A DNA stretch of 64,000 nucleotides from Clostridia bacterium (lineage in GTDB: Bacteria > Bacillota > Clostridia > Christensenellales > UBA1242): the NCBI GenBank assembly GCA_045534265.1, contig JAZSJH010000009.1:54531-118530 (forward strand). The letters are read 5' to 3'. This document shows positions 40,688 through 50,021 of this stretch, piece after piece. Position numbers and translations under genes: made by a program. A model generated the notes under the pieces. The model was not told the DNA's origin, made no database searches, and saw only the letters and a program-made list of their open reading frames with translations. Position 1 is the stretch's first letter; each line of letters opens with the position of its first letter.

Positions 40688-42769
40688 ATGCCAAGATTAT
40701 TCCCAATCGAAAAATATAGAAACATTGGTATTATGGCTCACATCGACGCTGGTAAAACAACAACTACAGAAAGAATTTTGTATTATACTGGCCGTGTTCA
40801 CAAAATTGGTGAAACACATGATGGCGGCGCTACTATGGACTGGATGGTACAAGAACAAGAAAGAGGTATAACAATTACTTCTGCTGCTACAACTGCTCAA
40901 TGGAAAGGTCACTGTATCAATATTATCGATACTCCAGGACACGTTGACTTCACAGTTGAAGTAGAAAGAAGCTTGAAAGTTCTTGACGGTGCTGTAACAG
41001 TACTATGTGCTCGTGGTGGTGTTCAACCACAAACTGAAACAGTTTGGAAACAAGCTAACAAATATCATGTTCCAAGAATGGCTTATGTTAACAAAATGGA
41101 TATCAATGATGCTAACTTCTATAGAGTAGTTAACATGATGAAAGATAGACTAAAAACTAACGCTGTTCCTATTCAATTACCTATCGGCGAGTCTAGCACA
41201 TTCAAAGGTGTTATTGACCTTGTAGAAATGAACGCAACTATCTACAAAGATGATATGGGTAAAGAATTTGAAGTAACTGAAATTCCAGCAGACATGATTG
41301 ATAAAGCTAACGAATATAGACAAAACCTTATCGAATGTGTTGCTGAAACTGATGATGCTTTACTTGAAAAATTCTTCAATGGTGAAGAACTTACAATTGA
41401 CGAAATCAAAACAGGTATTCGTAAAGCAACTCTTGCTCTACAAATGACTCCTGTTTGTTGCGGAACATCTTTCAAAAACAAAGGTGTTCAAAAACTTCTT
41501 GATGCTGTAGTTGACTATATGCCATCTCCAGTAGACGTTCCAGCTATCAAAGGTACAATCCCTGGTACTGAAACAGAAGAAGAAAGAATCTCTGATGACA
41601 AAGCTCCATTTGCTGGTCTTGCATTCAAAGTTGCAACTGACCCATATGTAGGTAAAATCACATTCTTTAGAGTATACAGCGGTATGCTAAAAGCTGGTAC
41701 TTATGTATACAACTCAACAAAAGATTCTAAAGAAAGAATTGGTCGTTTGCTAAAAATGCACGCAAACAACAGAGAAGACGTTGATGAACTATACGCTGGT
41801 GATATCGCAGCTATCGTTGGTCTTAAGGATACAACTACTGGTGATACACTATGTGCAGAAAACAACGCAATCCTACTTGAAAGTATGGAATTCCCAGAAC
41901 CAGTTATTAAAGTAGCTATCGAACCAACTTCAAAGGCTAGCCAAGAAAAGATGGTTAATGCTCTTATCAAACTTGCTGAAGAAGACCCAACTTTCAAAAC
42001 ATACACAGACCAAGAAACTGGTCAAACTATCATTGCTGGTATGGGTGAGCTTCACCTTGATATTATCGTAGATAGACTAAGAAGAGAATTCAAAGTAGAG
42101 GCTAATGTTGGTGCTCCACAAGTATCTTACAGAGAAACAGTAAGAAAAACAGTTGAGGCTGAAGGTAAATTCATCCGTCAATCTGGTGGTAAAGGTCAAT
42201 ATGGTCACTGTTGGATTAAACTTGAGCCACTTCCAGCAGGAACTGGTTACCAATTTGAAGACAAAATCGTTGGTGGTGCTATTCCAAAAGAATATATCCA
42301 ACCTATCAACAATGGTATCCAAGAAGCTAAACAAAATGGTGTTGTAGCTGGATACGAAACTGTTGACTTCAAAGTTACAGTATTTGATGGTTCATACCAT
42401 GATGTTGACTCTTCAGAAATGGCATTTAAGATCGCAGGATCTATGGCATTCAAAGAAGCTGCTAAAAAGGCAGATCCAGTACTTATGGAACCTATAATGA
42501 AAGTTCAAGTAGAACTTCCTGATGAATACCTAGGTAACGTTATGGGTAACTTAACAAGCCGTAGAGGTATGCTACAAGGTACTGAAAACGCATTTGGTAA
42601 TACTATTATCAATGCAGAAGTTCCACTATCAGAAATGTTTGGTTATGCAACTGACCTACGTTCTTCAACTCAAGGTAGAGGTATCTTCAATATGGAATTC
42701 TCTCACTACGCAGAAGTTCCTAAGTTCGTAGCTGACAAAATCGTTGGCGAAAGAGCAAAAAAAGCTTAA
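40688..42769 (+). CDS. fusA: Elongation factor G
   Basis: 693 aa. [32 protein letters not shown]. Confidence 0.98.
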   Translation: MPRLFPIEKYRNIGIMAHIDAGKTTTTERILYYTGRVHKIGETHDGGATMDWMVQEQERGITITSAATTAQWKGHCINIIDTPGHVDFTVEVERSLKVLDGAVTVLCARGGVQPQTETVWKQANKYHVPRMAYVNKMDINDANFYRVVNMMKDRLKTNAVPIQLPIGESSTFKGVIDLVEMNATIYKDDMGKEFEVTEIPADMIDKANEYRQNLIECVAETDDALLEKFFNGEELTIDEIKTGIRKATLALQMTPVCCGTSFKNKGVQKLLDAVVDYMPSPVDVPAIKGTIPGTETEEERISDDKAPFAGLAFKVATDPYVGKITFFRVYSGMLKAGTYVYNSTKDSKERIGRLLKMHANNREDVDELYAGDIAAIVGLKDTTTGDTLCAENNAILLESMEFPEPVIKVAIEPTSKASQEKMVNALIKLAEEDPTFKTYTDQETGQTIIAGMGELHLDIIVDRLRREFKVEANVGAPQVSYRETVRKTVEAEGKFIRQSGGKGQYGHCWIKLEPLPAGTGYQFEDKIVGGAIPKEYIQPINNGIQEAKQNGVVAGYETVDFKVTVFDGSYHDVDSSEMAFKIAGSMAFKEAAKKADPVLMEPIMKVQVELPDEYLGNVMGNLTSRRGMLQGTENAFGNTIINAEVPLSEMFGYATDLRSSTQGRGIFNMEFSHYAEVPKFVADKIVGERAKKA

Positions 42770-42802
42770 TTAAATAAGACAAAAAAATCTAATCAAAATG
42801 CT

Positions 42803-42830
42803 TTGCAAATGTGATTAAATTTGGTATAAT
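42803..42830 (+). promoter_or_regulatory. Internal promoter upstream of tuf
   Basis: TTGCAA (42803-08), a 16-nt spacer, then TATAAT (42825-30), preceded by TGg. Confidence 0.5.
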
Positions 42831-42908
42831 AGCTATGTTTAATTAAAGTTTGCAAAGCAAACAATTAAAAAAAGACAATTATTTATATTTTTAGGAGGAT
42901 TACTAATT

Positions 42909-44111
42909 ATGGCAAAAGCTAAATTTGATAGAAGCAAGCCACACGTAAACATTGGTACAATCGGACACGTTGACCATGGTAAGACAACTCTTACAGCTGC
43001 TATTACTATGTATGCATCAGCTAAGGGTTATGCAGAAAAAATGAAATATGAAGATATCGATAAGGCTCCAGAAGAAAGAGCTAGAGGTATCACAATCAAC
43101 ACATCTCACGTTGAATATCAAACAGAATCTCGTCACTACGCTCACGTTGACTGCCCAGGACACGCTGACTATGTTAAAAACATGATCACTGGTGCTGCTC
43201 AAATGGACGGCGCAATCCTAGTTGTTGCTGCTACTGACGGTGTTATGCCTCAAACAAGAGAACACATTCTTCTTGCTCGTCAAGTAGGTGTTCCATATAT
43301 CGTAGTATTTATGAACAAAGTAGACCAAGTAGACGATACAGAACTTCTTGATCTAGTAGAAATGGAAATCAGAGAAATCCTTACTGAGTATGGATTCCCT
43401 GGTGATGACACTCCAATCATCAAAGGTTCAGCTCTTAAAGCTCTTGAAGCTGCTCAAGCTGGCAACCCAAGCGACCCTGCTTGCGCTTGTATCGCAGAAC
43501 TTCTTAACGCTGTTGATACTTGGATTCCAGAACCACAAAGAGCAACAGATCAACCATTCTTGATGCCTGTTGAAGACGTATTCACAATCACTGGTCGTGG
43601 TACAGTTGCTACTGGTAGAGTAGAAAGAGGTGTTGTTAAAGTTGGTGACGTTGTTGAAATCATTGGTATGGGTTCAGACAAAAACACTACAGTTACTGGC
43701 GTTGAAATGTTTAGAAAACTTCTAGACCAAGCTCAAGCTGGTGATAACATTGGTGTACTACTTCGTGGTATCCAAAGAAATGAAATCGAAAGAGGACAAG
43801 TTCTTGCTAAACCTGGTACAATCAAACCTCACACTAAATTTACAGCTGAAGTTTACGTACTAAAGAAAGAAGAAGGCGGACGTCATACTCCATTCTTCAA
43901 TGGTTACAGACCTCAATTCTATTTCAGAACTACTGACGTTACTGGTTCTATTGAACTTCCACAAGGCGTAGAAATGGTAATGCCTGGTGATAACATCACT
44001 ATGACTATCTCTCTAATCACTCCAATCGCTATCGAACAAGGTCTTCGTTTCGCTATCCGTGAAGGTGGTAGAACAGTTGGTTCAGGTGTTGTTTCTGCAA
44101 TCATCGAATAA
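42909..44111 (+). CDS. tuf: Elongation factor Tu
   Basis: 400 aa. [40 protein letters not shown]. Confidence 0.98.
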   Translation: MAKAKFDRSKPHVNIGTIGHVDHGKTTLTAAITMYASAKGYAEKMKYEDIDKAPEERARGITINTSHVEYQTESRHYAHVDCPGHADYVKNMITGAAQMDGAILVVAATDGVMPQTREHILLARQVGVPYIVVFMNKVDQVDDTELLDLVEMEIREILTEYGFPGDDTPIIKGSALKALEAAQAGNPSDPACACIAELLNAVDTWIPEPQRATDQPFLMPVEDVFTITGRGTVATGRVERGVVKVGDVVEIIGMGSDKNTTVTGVEMFRKLLDQAQAGDNIGVLLRGIQRNEIERGQVLAKPGTIKPHTKFTAEVYVLKKEEGGRHTPFFNGYRPQFYFRTTDVTGSIELPQGVEMVMPGDNITMTISLITPIAIEQGLRFAIREGGRTVGSGVVSAIIE

Positions 44112-44123
44112 TTTTAATATCAA

Positions 44124-44153
44124 AAAGAGCTCACAATGTGAGTTCTTTTTTTT
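44124..44153 (+). terminator. Intrinsic terminator after tuf
   Basis: aagagctcac / aat / gtgagttctt stem followed by a T-run. Confidence 0.8.
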
Positions 44154-44355
44154 GTTATAAATTTTAAGATTGAAGACAGTTATTAATAATTAAAATAGTG
44201 ACTAAATGGTGATAAATCATATTTTTTGCTAAAGATAACTATAAAGGGGACTTTAAGGTTGATTTTTTATGAAAAAGTGATATAATTTACTTATCTTTTG
44301 TTAAAGTTATGTTATAATACAAAAGGTTAAAAAAAATAAATCTAGGAGGCATATT

Positions 44356-45348
44356 ATGAAAAAGACACTTTATAGCGCAACTAAGCCTACAGGCAAATTA
44401 ACCTTGGGCAACTATATAGGAGCTATTAAGTCATGGAAAGAAATGCAAGATGAGTTCAACTGTTATTTCTGCGTAGCAGATTTGCATTCTCTAACAATAG
44501 ATATGGATAGAGAAGAACTTAATGATAATATTTATAGTCAGCTTGCAACATTTATTGCTTTTGGTCTTGATCCAGAAAAAAGCACAATCTACGTACAATC
44601 TCATGTAAAAGAGCATGCCGAACTAGGTTGGATAATGAACTGCTCAACATATTTTGGTGAAGCAAGCCGTATGACTCAATTTAAGGATGCAAAAGCAAAA
44701 AATAACGATAAAATCACAGTTGGGCTTTTTGCTTACCCTATGCTTATGGCAGCTGATATTATTTTATATGATACACACGTTGTTCCTGTAGGTAAAGACC
44801 AAATGCAGCACGTAGAAATCGCAAGAGATGTAGCAACCAGATTTAACTCTAAACATGGCGAAACTTTTGTTATTCCAGACGGCTTTATTCCTAAGAGCGG
44901 TTCTAAGATAATGGGACTTTTGAACCCAACTAAAAAGATGGCAAAATCTGGAGATAATGATAATGATGTTATCTATATCGAAGATGATGACGACACAATA
45001 AGACGTAAGTTCAAAAGAGCAGTTACAGATAGTGATAACATAATTAAATATAGTGAAGACAAACCTGGTGTTTCTAATCTTCTTACTATTTATGCTGTTA
45101 TGAAAAATATGTCTATTGAAGAAGCCGAAAAACACTTTGAAGGTCAAGGCTATGGAAAGCTAAAGACTGAAACTGCTGATGCTGTTATTGAAGTTTTAAC
45201 TCCAGTAAGAGCAAGACTTCAAGAGTTAAAATCTGATAGAAAATATCTTGAGGAAGTGGCAAGAAAAGGCGCAGAAAAAGCCGAAAAAGTTGCTAGAGCA
45301 AAGCTAAAAGAAGTTTATGCAAAACTTGGACTTGTTGTTAGAGACTAA
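44356..45348 (+). CDS. trpS: Tryptophan--tRNA ligase
   Basis: 330 aa. The N-terminal PTGKLTLGNYIGA occupies the HIGH-motif region, and a KMAKS (KMSKS-type) motif is present. AGGAGG RBS. Confidence 0.9.
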   Translation: MKKTLYSATKPTGKLTLGNYIGAIKSWKEMQDEFNCYFCVADLHSLTIDMDREELNDNIYSQLATFIAFGLDPEKSTIYVQSHVKEHAELGWIMNCSTYFGEASRMTQFKDAKAKNNDKITVGLFAYPMLMAADIILYDTHVVPVGKDQMQHVEIARDVATRFNSKHGETFVIPDGFIPKSGSKIMGLLNPTKKMAKSGDNDNDVIYIEDDDDTIRRKFKRAVTDSDNIIKYSEDKPGVSNLLTIYAVMKNMSIEEAEKHFEGQGYGKLKTETADAVIEVLTPVRARLQELKSDRKYLEEVARKGAEKAEKVARAKLKEVYAKLGLVVRD

Positions 45349-45370
45349 AAGTTGAAATATTATTTAGTAT

Positions 45371-45406
45371 AAAAAAGACTTATTCGCAAGGAATAAGTCT
45401 TTTTTG
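45371..45406. terminator. Bidirectional intrinsic terminator between trpS and the convergent Cys-peptide gene
   Basis: aaaaaagacttattc / gcaag / gaataagtctttttt. Perfect stem flanked by an A-run and a T-run. Confidence 0.8.
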
Positions 45407-45424
45407 GTGTGGAAGGAGGATTTA

Positions 45425-45613
45425 TTAAAAGAATCTTGTACAGCCGCATTGATTACAACTATTACATTGATTGCAACCACAACTATTACCAAGCCCACCA
45501 AGTGAAAGTAGTAATAATAACAAAAAGTTTGTGTTTGTATTTAGATTTGTGTCGGTCGCACTAGTAAAGATAGAAATCAAAAGCACCAAAATAATATAAA
45601 GTGAATTATTCAT
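45425..45613 (-). CDS. Small hydrophobic peptide with a Cys-rich C-terminal tail (62 aa)
   Basis: AGGAGG RBS 4 nt upstream of the ATG. Two hydrophobic stretches, then GNSCGCNQCNSCNQCGCTRFF (7 Cys in 21 aa). Divergent from the ArsR-family gene. Confidence 0.65.
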   Translation of the reverse strand: MNNSLYIILVLLISIFTSATDTNLNTNTNFLLLLLLSLGGLGNSCGCNQCNSCNQCGCTRFF

Positions 45614-45741
45614 AATTCCTCCTAAAAAAGCACATTTGTTTGTATTTAGAGCATTTTCTACATTGTTTGTTTAGATGAATATTTGCGCATATTTTATTTT
45701 TGTAAGATAATTTTTATACATAAACAAAAAGGGGGTAAAAT

Positions 45742-46086
45742 ATGGAAAACATCAAACTTATGACAATAACCGAAAATGACTATTCAAACTTAAAGTATTA
45801 TATGCCGAGCGTTGACGTTTTGCAACAAATGGCAGATTATTTTAGTTGTTTTAGTGATCCAACACGCCTAAAGATTTTGTCTGCATTGTCTGTAAAATCA
45901 ATGTGCGTTAATGATTTGTCGTTAGTTTTAGGAGCAAATCAGTCTACAATCAGTCACCAACTAAAAGCTTTGAAAAGTCTTGGAGTTGTAAGAGATAAAA
46001 GATTTGGTAAAGTTATTTTTTATGAAATAGCAAGTAATAATATCAATGAAATCTTGCTTAATGGAGTAAATTATTTAATGAACTAA
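45742..46086 (+). CDS. ArsR/SmtB-family metalloregulator-like transcriptional repressor
   Basis: 114 aa. FSCFSDPTRLKILSAL...MCVNDLSLVLGANQSTISHQLKALKSLGVV is the winged-HTH core of the ArsR family. Confidence 0.85.
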   Translation: MENIKLMTITENDYSNLKYYMPSVDVLQQMADYFSCFSDPTRLKILSALSVKSMCVNDLSLVLGANQSTISHQLKALKSLGVVRDKRFGKVIFYEIASNNINEILLNGVNYLMN

Positions 46087-46176
46087 ACTTTTGTTTGCTA
46101 AAAATCTTTTTATGTGTTAGGATATAAGTGTAATGTGGTTTGGGTGGACCTAAACCTGCATAAAAGGAGATTGGTT

Positions 46177-46944
46177 ATGATACTAGATGATTTGCAACAA
46201 GAAAATGTAATGCCTTATAACAAAAAATTTAACTTTTATGTACAAATTGAAGGGCTTGGCAGATATCTATTTGCTTTAGATTTTTTACAGACAAAAGGTC
46301 TAAAAAATGTACTAGATGTGGGTTGTTATAATGGCTTTGGTTGCAGTATTATGGCGGAAAAAGCTGAGAGCGTAACAGGCATTGATATAAGCCGCAAGTT
46401 TATAAACCAAGCACAAAAAAATCTTGAAAAAAATAACCAAAAAAATATTGAATATAAACAACTAGACATTTCTAAACAAGATTTAGAGAGTGATAAAAAA
46501 TACGATTTGATTACCTGCTTTGATACACTAGCTCATATCAAAGATGAGGGGCCTGTCATTGACAAATTATATAATATGTTATCAGATGATGGATATTTAT
46601 TGGTTTCGCTTCCTAATGAAAGATTTGAGCCAATGAGACCTGACGGAACTTCTGCGGTTATTGGTCACAAGCATTTTTATACAGCAAGCGAGGCGAAAAA
46701 ATTATTTAGTGACAGAAATTTTGTTGTAGAAGATAGGCTTGGTCAAGCGATATCAAATGTACTTCTTAATATTGAGCATTTTGTAATAAGAAAGTATGAA
46801 TATCCAGAAAGACAAGTAAAGAGTTTTTATAGTTATCAAAAGGACAAAATGAGATATTTTTCAAGACTTATTGCTTATCCTAATATAAAATATCTTGATG
46901 ATTCTTATGTAACATTTTTAGTTTTGAAAAAGAAGAAAAAATAA
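46177..46944 (+). CDS. Class I SAM-dependent methyltransferase
   Basis: AAGGAG RBS plus the ATG at 46177 (MILDDLQQ...). Motif I VLDVGCYNGFG, then acidic GIDIS. Confidence 0.8.
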   Translation: MILDDLQQENVMPYNKKFNFYVQIEGLGRYLFALDFLQTKGLKNVLDVGCYNGFGCSIMAEKAESVTGIDISRKFINQAQKNLEKNNQKNIEYKQLDISKQDLESDKKYDLITCFDTLAHIKDEGPVIDKLYNMLSDDGYLLVSLPNERFEPMRPDGTSAVIGHKHFYTASEAKKLFSDRNFVVEDRLGQAISNVLLNIEHFVIRKYEYPERQVKSFYSYQKDKMRYFSRLIAYPNIKYLDDSYVTFLVLKKKKK

Positions 46945-46954
46945 TTATTTTAGG

Positions 46955-46977
46955 CCGCAATTTATTTGCGGTTTTTT
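46955..46977 (+). terminator. Intrinsic terminator after the methyltransferase gene
   Basis: ccgcaa / tttat / ttgcgg stem followed by T6. Confidence 0.7.
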
Positions 46978-47012
46978 GTTGATTTATATATATTTTGTGA
47001 TATACTAAAAAA

Positions 47013-47158
47013 GTCAAGAAATAAAAATAGGTGCCTATCTTGACAGGTCAGGGGGGTGGTTGACTTCAAACTTTTATGTAATGGCTTTGGGCCCCAAGTG
47101 GTACCGTGGCACCCCCTAAAGCAAAAAATAATAACAGTCAACTGGTGACTGTTTTTTT
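47013..47158 (+). ncRNA. Candidate structured small RNA of about 146 nt, class unknown
   Basis: Promoter TTGATT (46979-84), a 16-nt spacer, then TATACT (47001-06) with TGa. GC-rich core closed by GGUGCC (47030-35) pairing with GGCACC (47108-13). G6 run (47051-56) with C4/C5 runs (47092-95, 47112-16). Terminator acagtca / actgg / tgactgt plus T7 (47134-58). No credible ORF inside. Confidence 0.45.
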
Positions 47159-47200
47159 ATTTTTCTTTTACAAATAATATTTATCGTGTATAATATAAAT

Positions 47201-48997
47201 ATGACATTGAGTGAAAAAATAAAAAATCTCCCACAAAATAGTGGTGTGTATATAATGAAAGATAGCGAAGGGAATATTATATATATTGGCAAAGCGAAGG
47301 TTTTGAAAAATAGAGTAAGCCAATATTTTAATAATACAAAAAAACTCCCTAAAGTTGCCGCTATGGTATCAAAAATTGCAGATTTTGAGTATATTATCAC
47401 AAATAACGAACTTGACGCTTTAATACTAGAATGCAACTTGATAAAACAGCATCAGCCGCATTATAATATTTTGCTAAAAGATGGTAAAAATTATTCTTAT
47501 ATAAGAATAGACACAAAAAAAGAGTTTCCTGTTTTGGAAGCTTGCAGACAGGTAAAAAAAGATGGTGCAAAATATTTTGGTCCATACTTTAATGGTATAA
47601 CCGCAAAAGAACTTATTAAACTTATATATTTTGCATATCCTGTAAGACAATGTAAAAATGTATTTGGCAATGGCAAGTTTTTGAAAAGGGCTTGCCTTAA
47701 CTATTCAATGGGGATGTGTATGGCGCCTTGTCTTGGAAAACTAAGCTCTATCGAATATAAAAGATACATAGACCAAATTATTGATTTTCTAAATGGAAAA
47801 GATAACTCTGTATACAATATCTTAAAAGAAAAAATGGAAAGGGCTGCAAGTTTAGAAAACTTTGAGCTTGCAATACAACTTAGAGATAAACTTCTTCTTT
47901 TGGACAAGATAAGTGAAAAGTCCGTTGCTGCGCTAAAGACAGAAAGAGATATAGATGTTGTTGGAACATACTTTGATGATGAAAATATTGTTATAACACT
48001 TATGGTTATAAGAAATGGCAAGATGATAGGTTCTAGTAATTATTTGTATAACAATATGGACAAAGAATTAGACGAAATTGTTGCAAGTTTCTTGATTGAT
48101 TATTATAACGAAAACCCATTGTACCCAAAAAATTTGTATGTAGAAAAGCCTCTAACTCAAGAGGTTGAGAACTATTTTGCAGATAAAAAGGTAAAAGTAA
48201 TTATTCCACAGAAGGGAGCTAAGTTTGACCTTATCAAACAAGCAAGACAAAACGCAAAAGATTATTTTGTAAACAATACAAGCAAGATGGCAAAACACGA
48301 AAGAGCAACCATGGGTGCAATGCTGGAATTAAAAGAAAAATTAGGGCTTCAAAATCTTCCTACAAGAATAGAAGCTTTTGATATATCAAATACCAGTGGT
48401 ACAAACTCTGTCGCTAGTATGGTTGTATTTATAAACGGCGAAAAAGCAAGTAAACATTATCGTAAGTTTAAGATAAAAACCGTTATTGGTCCAAATGACT
48501 TTGCATCTCATAGAGAAGTTACGACAAGGCGTATTGGTGAATTTGGTAGCAAAGATATTAGTTTTTCTTCCGTGCCTAGTCTTATGCTTATAGATGGTGG
48601 TAAAGGGCAAGTTTCGGCAACTCGTGATTTGATAAAACAATACAACCCAAACATTGATGTAATTGGTCTTGCAGAAAGAGAAGAAGAAATTTTTGTAGAA
48701 GATAGCTTAGAGCCTATTGTCTTGGACAAAAACTCTTATGGACTAAAACTTTTGCAAGCGGTAAGAGATGAGGCGCATAGATTTGCTATCGCTTATCATA
48801 AGTCTATAAGAACAAAAAAGCAAACAGAAAGTTTATTAGACAAAATTGAAGGCATTGGAAAAACAAGAAAAAAACTTTTGATAGAAAAATTTGGTAGCAT
48901 AAACAAAATAAAAAATGCAACAATATACGACCTTATGAGAGTTCCGGGCATAACCGAAACTGTTGCACAAAATATTCTAAATACATTAAATAAATAA
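47201..48997 (+). CDS. uvrC: Excinuclease ABC subunit C
   Basis: GIY-YIG N-terminus (SGVYIMKDSEGNIIYIGKAKVLKNRVSQYF) and C-terminal HhH (IEGIGKTRKKLL). The start is placed at the ATG at 47201 (MTLSEKIKNLPQNSGVY), which matches the spacing in Bacillus UvrC. Confidence 0.93.
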   Translation: MTLSEKIKNLPQNSGVYIMKDSEGNIIYIGKAKVLKNRVSQYFNNTKKLPKVAAMVSKIADFEYIITNNELDALILECNLIKQHQPHYNILLKDGKNYSYIRIDTKKEFPVLEACRQVKKDGAKYFGPYFNGITAKELIKLIYFAYPVRQCKNVFGNGKFLKRACLNYSMGMCMAPCLGKLSSIEYKRYIDQIIDFLNGKDNSVYNILKEKMERAASLENFELAIQLRDKLLLLDKISEKSVAALKTERDIDVVGTYFDDENIVITLMVIRNGKMIGSSNYLYNNMDKELDEIVASFLIDYYNENPLYPKNLYVEKPLTQEVENYFADKKVKVIIPQKGAKFDLIKQARQNAKDYFVNNTSKMAKHERATMGAMLELKEKLGLQNLPTRIEAFDISNTSGTNSVASMVVFINGEKASKHYRKFKIKTVIGPNDFASHREVTTRRIGEFGSKDISFSSVPSLMLIDGGKGQVSATRDLIKQYNPNIDVIGLAEREEEIFVEDSLEPIVLDKNSYGLKLLQAVRDEAHRFAIAYHKSIRTKKQTESLLDKIEGIGKTRKKLLIEKFGSINKIKNATIYDLMRVPGITETVAQNILNTLNK

Positions 48998-49002
48998 CGA
49001 TT

Positions 49003-49040
49003 ACTTCTGCATATATTATGTTATGCAGAAGTTTTTATTT
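49003..49040 (+). terminator. Intrinsic terminator after uvrC
   Basis: acttctgcat / 10-nt loop / atgcagaagt perfect 10-bp stem followed by TTTTTATTT. Confidence 0.75.
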
Positions 49041-50021
49041 ATTTTTAGATACATTGTTAAAGTAGCTGTCGCAACCAGCGTTATTTTATTTGTAATTGGC
49101 TTTCCGGTCATAGCAACTTTGTTTAAGCCTAGGGGAGCTTATGAAAAGCTTTTTTGCGAGCCAAGTGCAAATATTGTGCTTGATATGTGGCATATAGAGT
49201 CGTTTGAAGGGGGTAATTCGGCAAGAAAGACTTTTCTTGATAAATTATTCAACAAATTCAACAAGCAAAATACGGGCGTTTTTATCTCTCTAAAAGTGAT
49301 GGATGTTGAGCAGTATAATATAAATATACAATATTCAACACCAGATATAATATCTTTTACAAATGTATGTGATGGGGTGGAAAATTATCTCACAACACTT
49401 CCGCGAACAGAAAAGCTAAGTAAGGCTTTTATCGAAAGCGTTGTGTATGATGATACTATTATTTGCTACCCATATATGCTTGGTAGATATTGTTTGATAT
49501 CATATAACGACAATGCTGTAAATAATTTGTGTGGAGAGATTGTCGAAAGAAAAAATAAAAAGATTTTTCCTTTGGGGTTTTCGGCAGATGTAGGAAGCGT
49601 GCAAGCATTAGCTAGTAATAATATTAACTATAATTCAAACGCAAAAATATATAATACTCAATATGATAATTACAAAGCCTTTTTGAAAAAAGAAACAACA
49701 ACGATTTTGGGCTCTCAAAGAGATGTTCATAGGCTTAAAAATCGTGAACAAAACGGAACTATAGATAATCTTTATTATACATATTTAGATGGGTATACAG
49801 ACCTTGTGCAGTACATAGGTGTTACAAAAACTTGTAAAAATATAGACATAGCAAAAAAGTTTGCAGATTATGTTTTGAGTGATGATGCTCAAGATATGCT
49901 TAGTAGTATTGGTATGTTTTCTGTAAATAAAGAAACATATAGTCATGATTATATGAAAGAGTGGGAAGATAGCGTAAAGACTACAAGAGTCCCAAAATTA
50001 TTTGGAGGCAAAAATGTATAG
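49023..50021 (+). CDS. Hypothetical membrane-anchored protein, weakly similar to solute-binding proteins; start uncertain
   Basis: 332-aa ORF. N-terminal TM segment (VAVATSVILFVIGFPVIATLF). The C-terminal ..AKKFADYVLSDDAQDMLSSIGMFSV resembles SBP C-termini. No SD is visible, and the ATG lies inside the uvrC terminator stem. Confidence 0.55.
   Translation: MQKFLFIFRYIVKVAVATSVILFVIGFPVIATLFKPRGAYEKLFCEPSANIVLDMWHIESFEGGNSARKTFLDKLFNKFNKQNTGVFISLKVMDVEQYNINIQYSTPDIISFTNVCDGVENYLTTLPRTEKLSKAFIESVVYDDTIICYPYMLGRYCLISYNDNAVNNLCGEIVERKNKKIFPLGFSADVGSVQALASNNINYNSNAKIYNTQYDNYKAFLKKETTTILGSQRDVHRLKNREQNGTIDNLYYTYLDGYTDLVQYIGVTKTCKNIDIAKKFADYVLSDDAQDMLSSIGMFSVNKETYSHDYMKEWEDSVKTTRVPKLFGGKNV

Noticed and set aside
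40539-40871. 110-aa + strand ORF bridging rpsG and fusA
   Set aside because: It is out of frame with two well-supported genes and crosses their intergenic RBS.
44154-44355. Expected T-box leader upstream of trpS
   Set aside because: The ~200-nt region contains promoter-like elements (TTGATT-16-TATAAT). It has no T-box sequence (..GGUGGUACCGCG..) and no terminator/antiterminator pair. The absence is noted, but there is no feature to call.
47030-47113. Identification of the GC-rich element as SRP (4.5S/ffs) RNA, a tRNA or a known riboswitch
   Set aside because: GGUGCC...CAGGUCAGG resembles the 5' side of SRP RNA, but the conserved GGAA tetraloop and AGCAGC domain IV core are absent. There is no T-loop GTTCGA, so it is not a tRNA. 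I recognised no TPP, purine, preQ1, fluoride, ZTP or guanidine signature. It is left as an unknown class.
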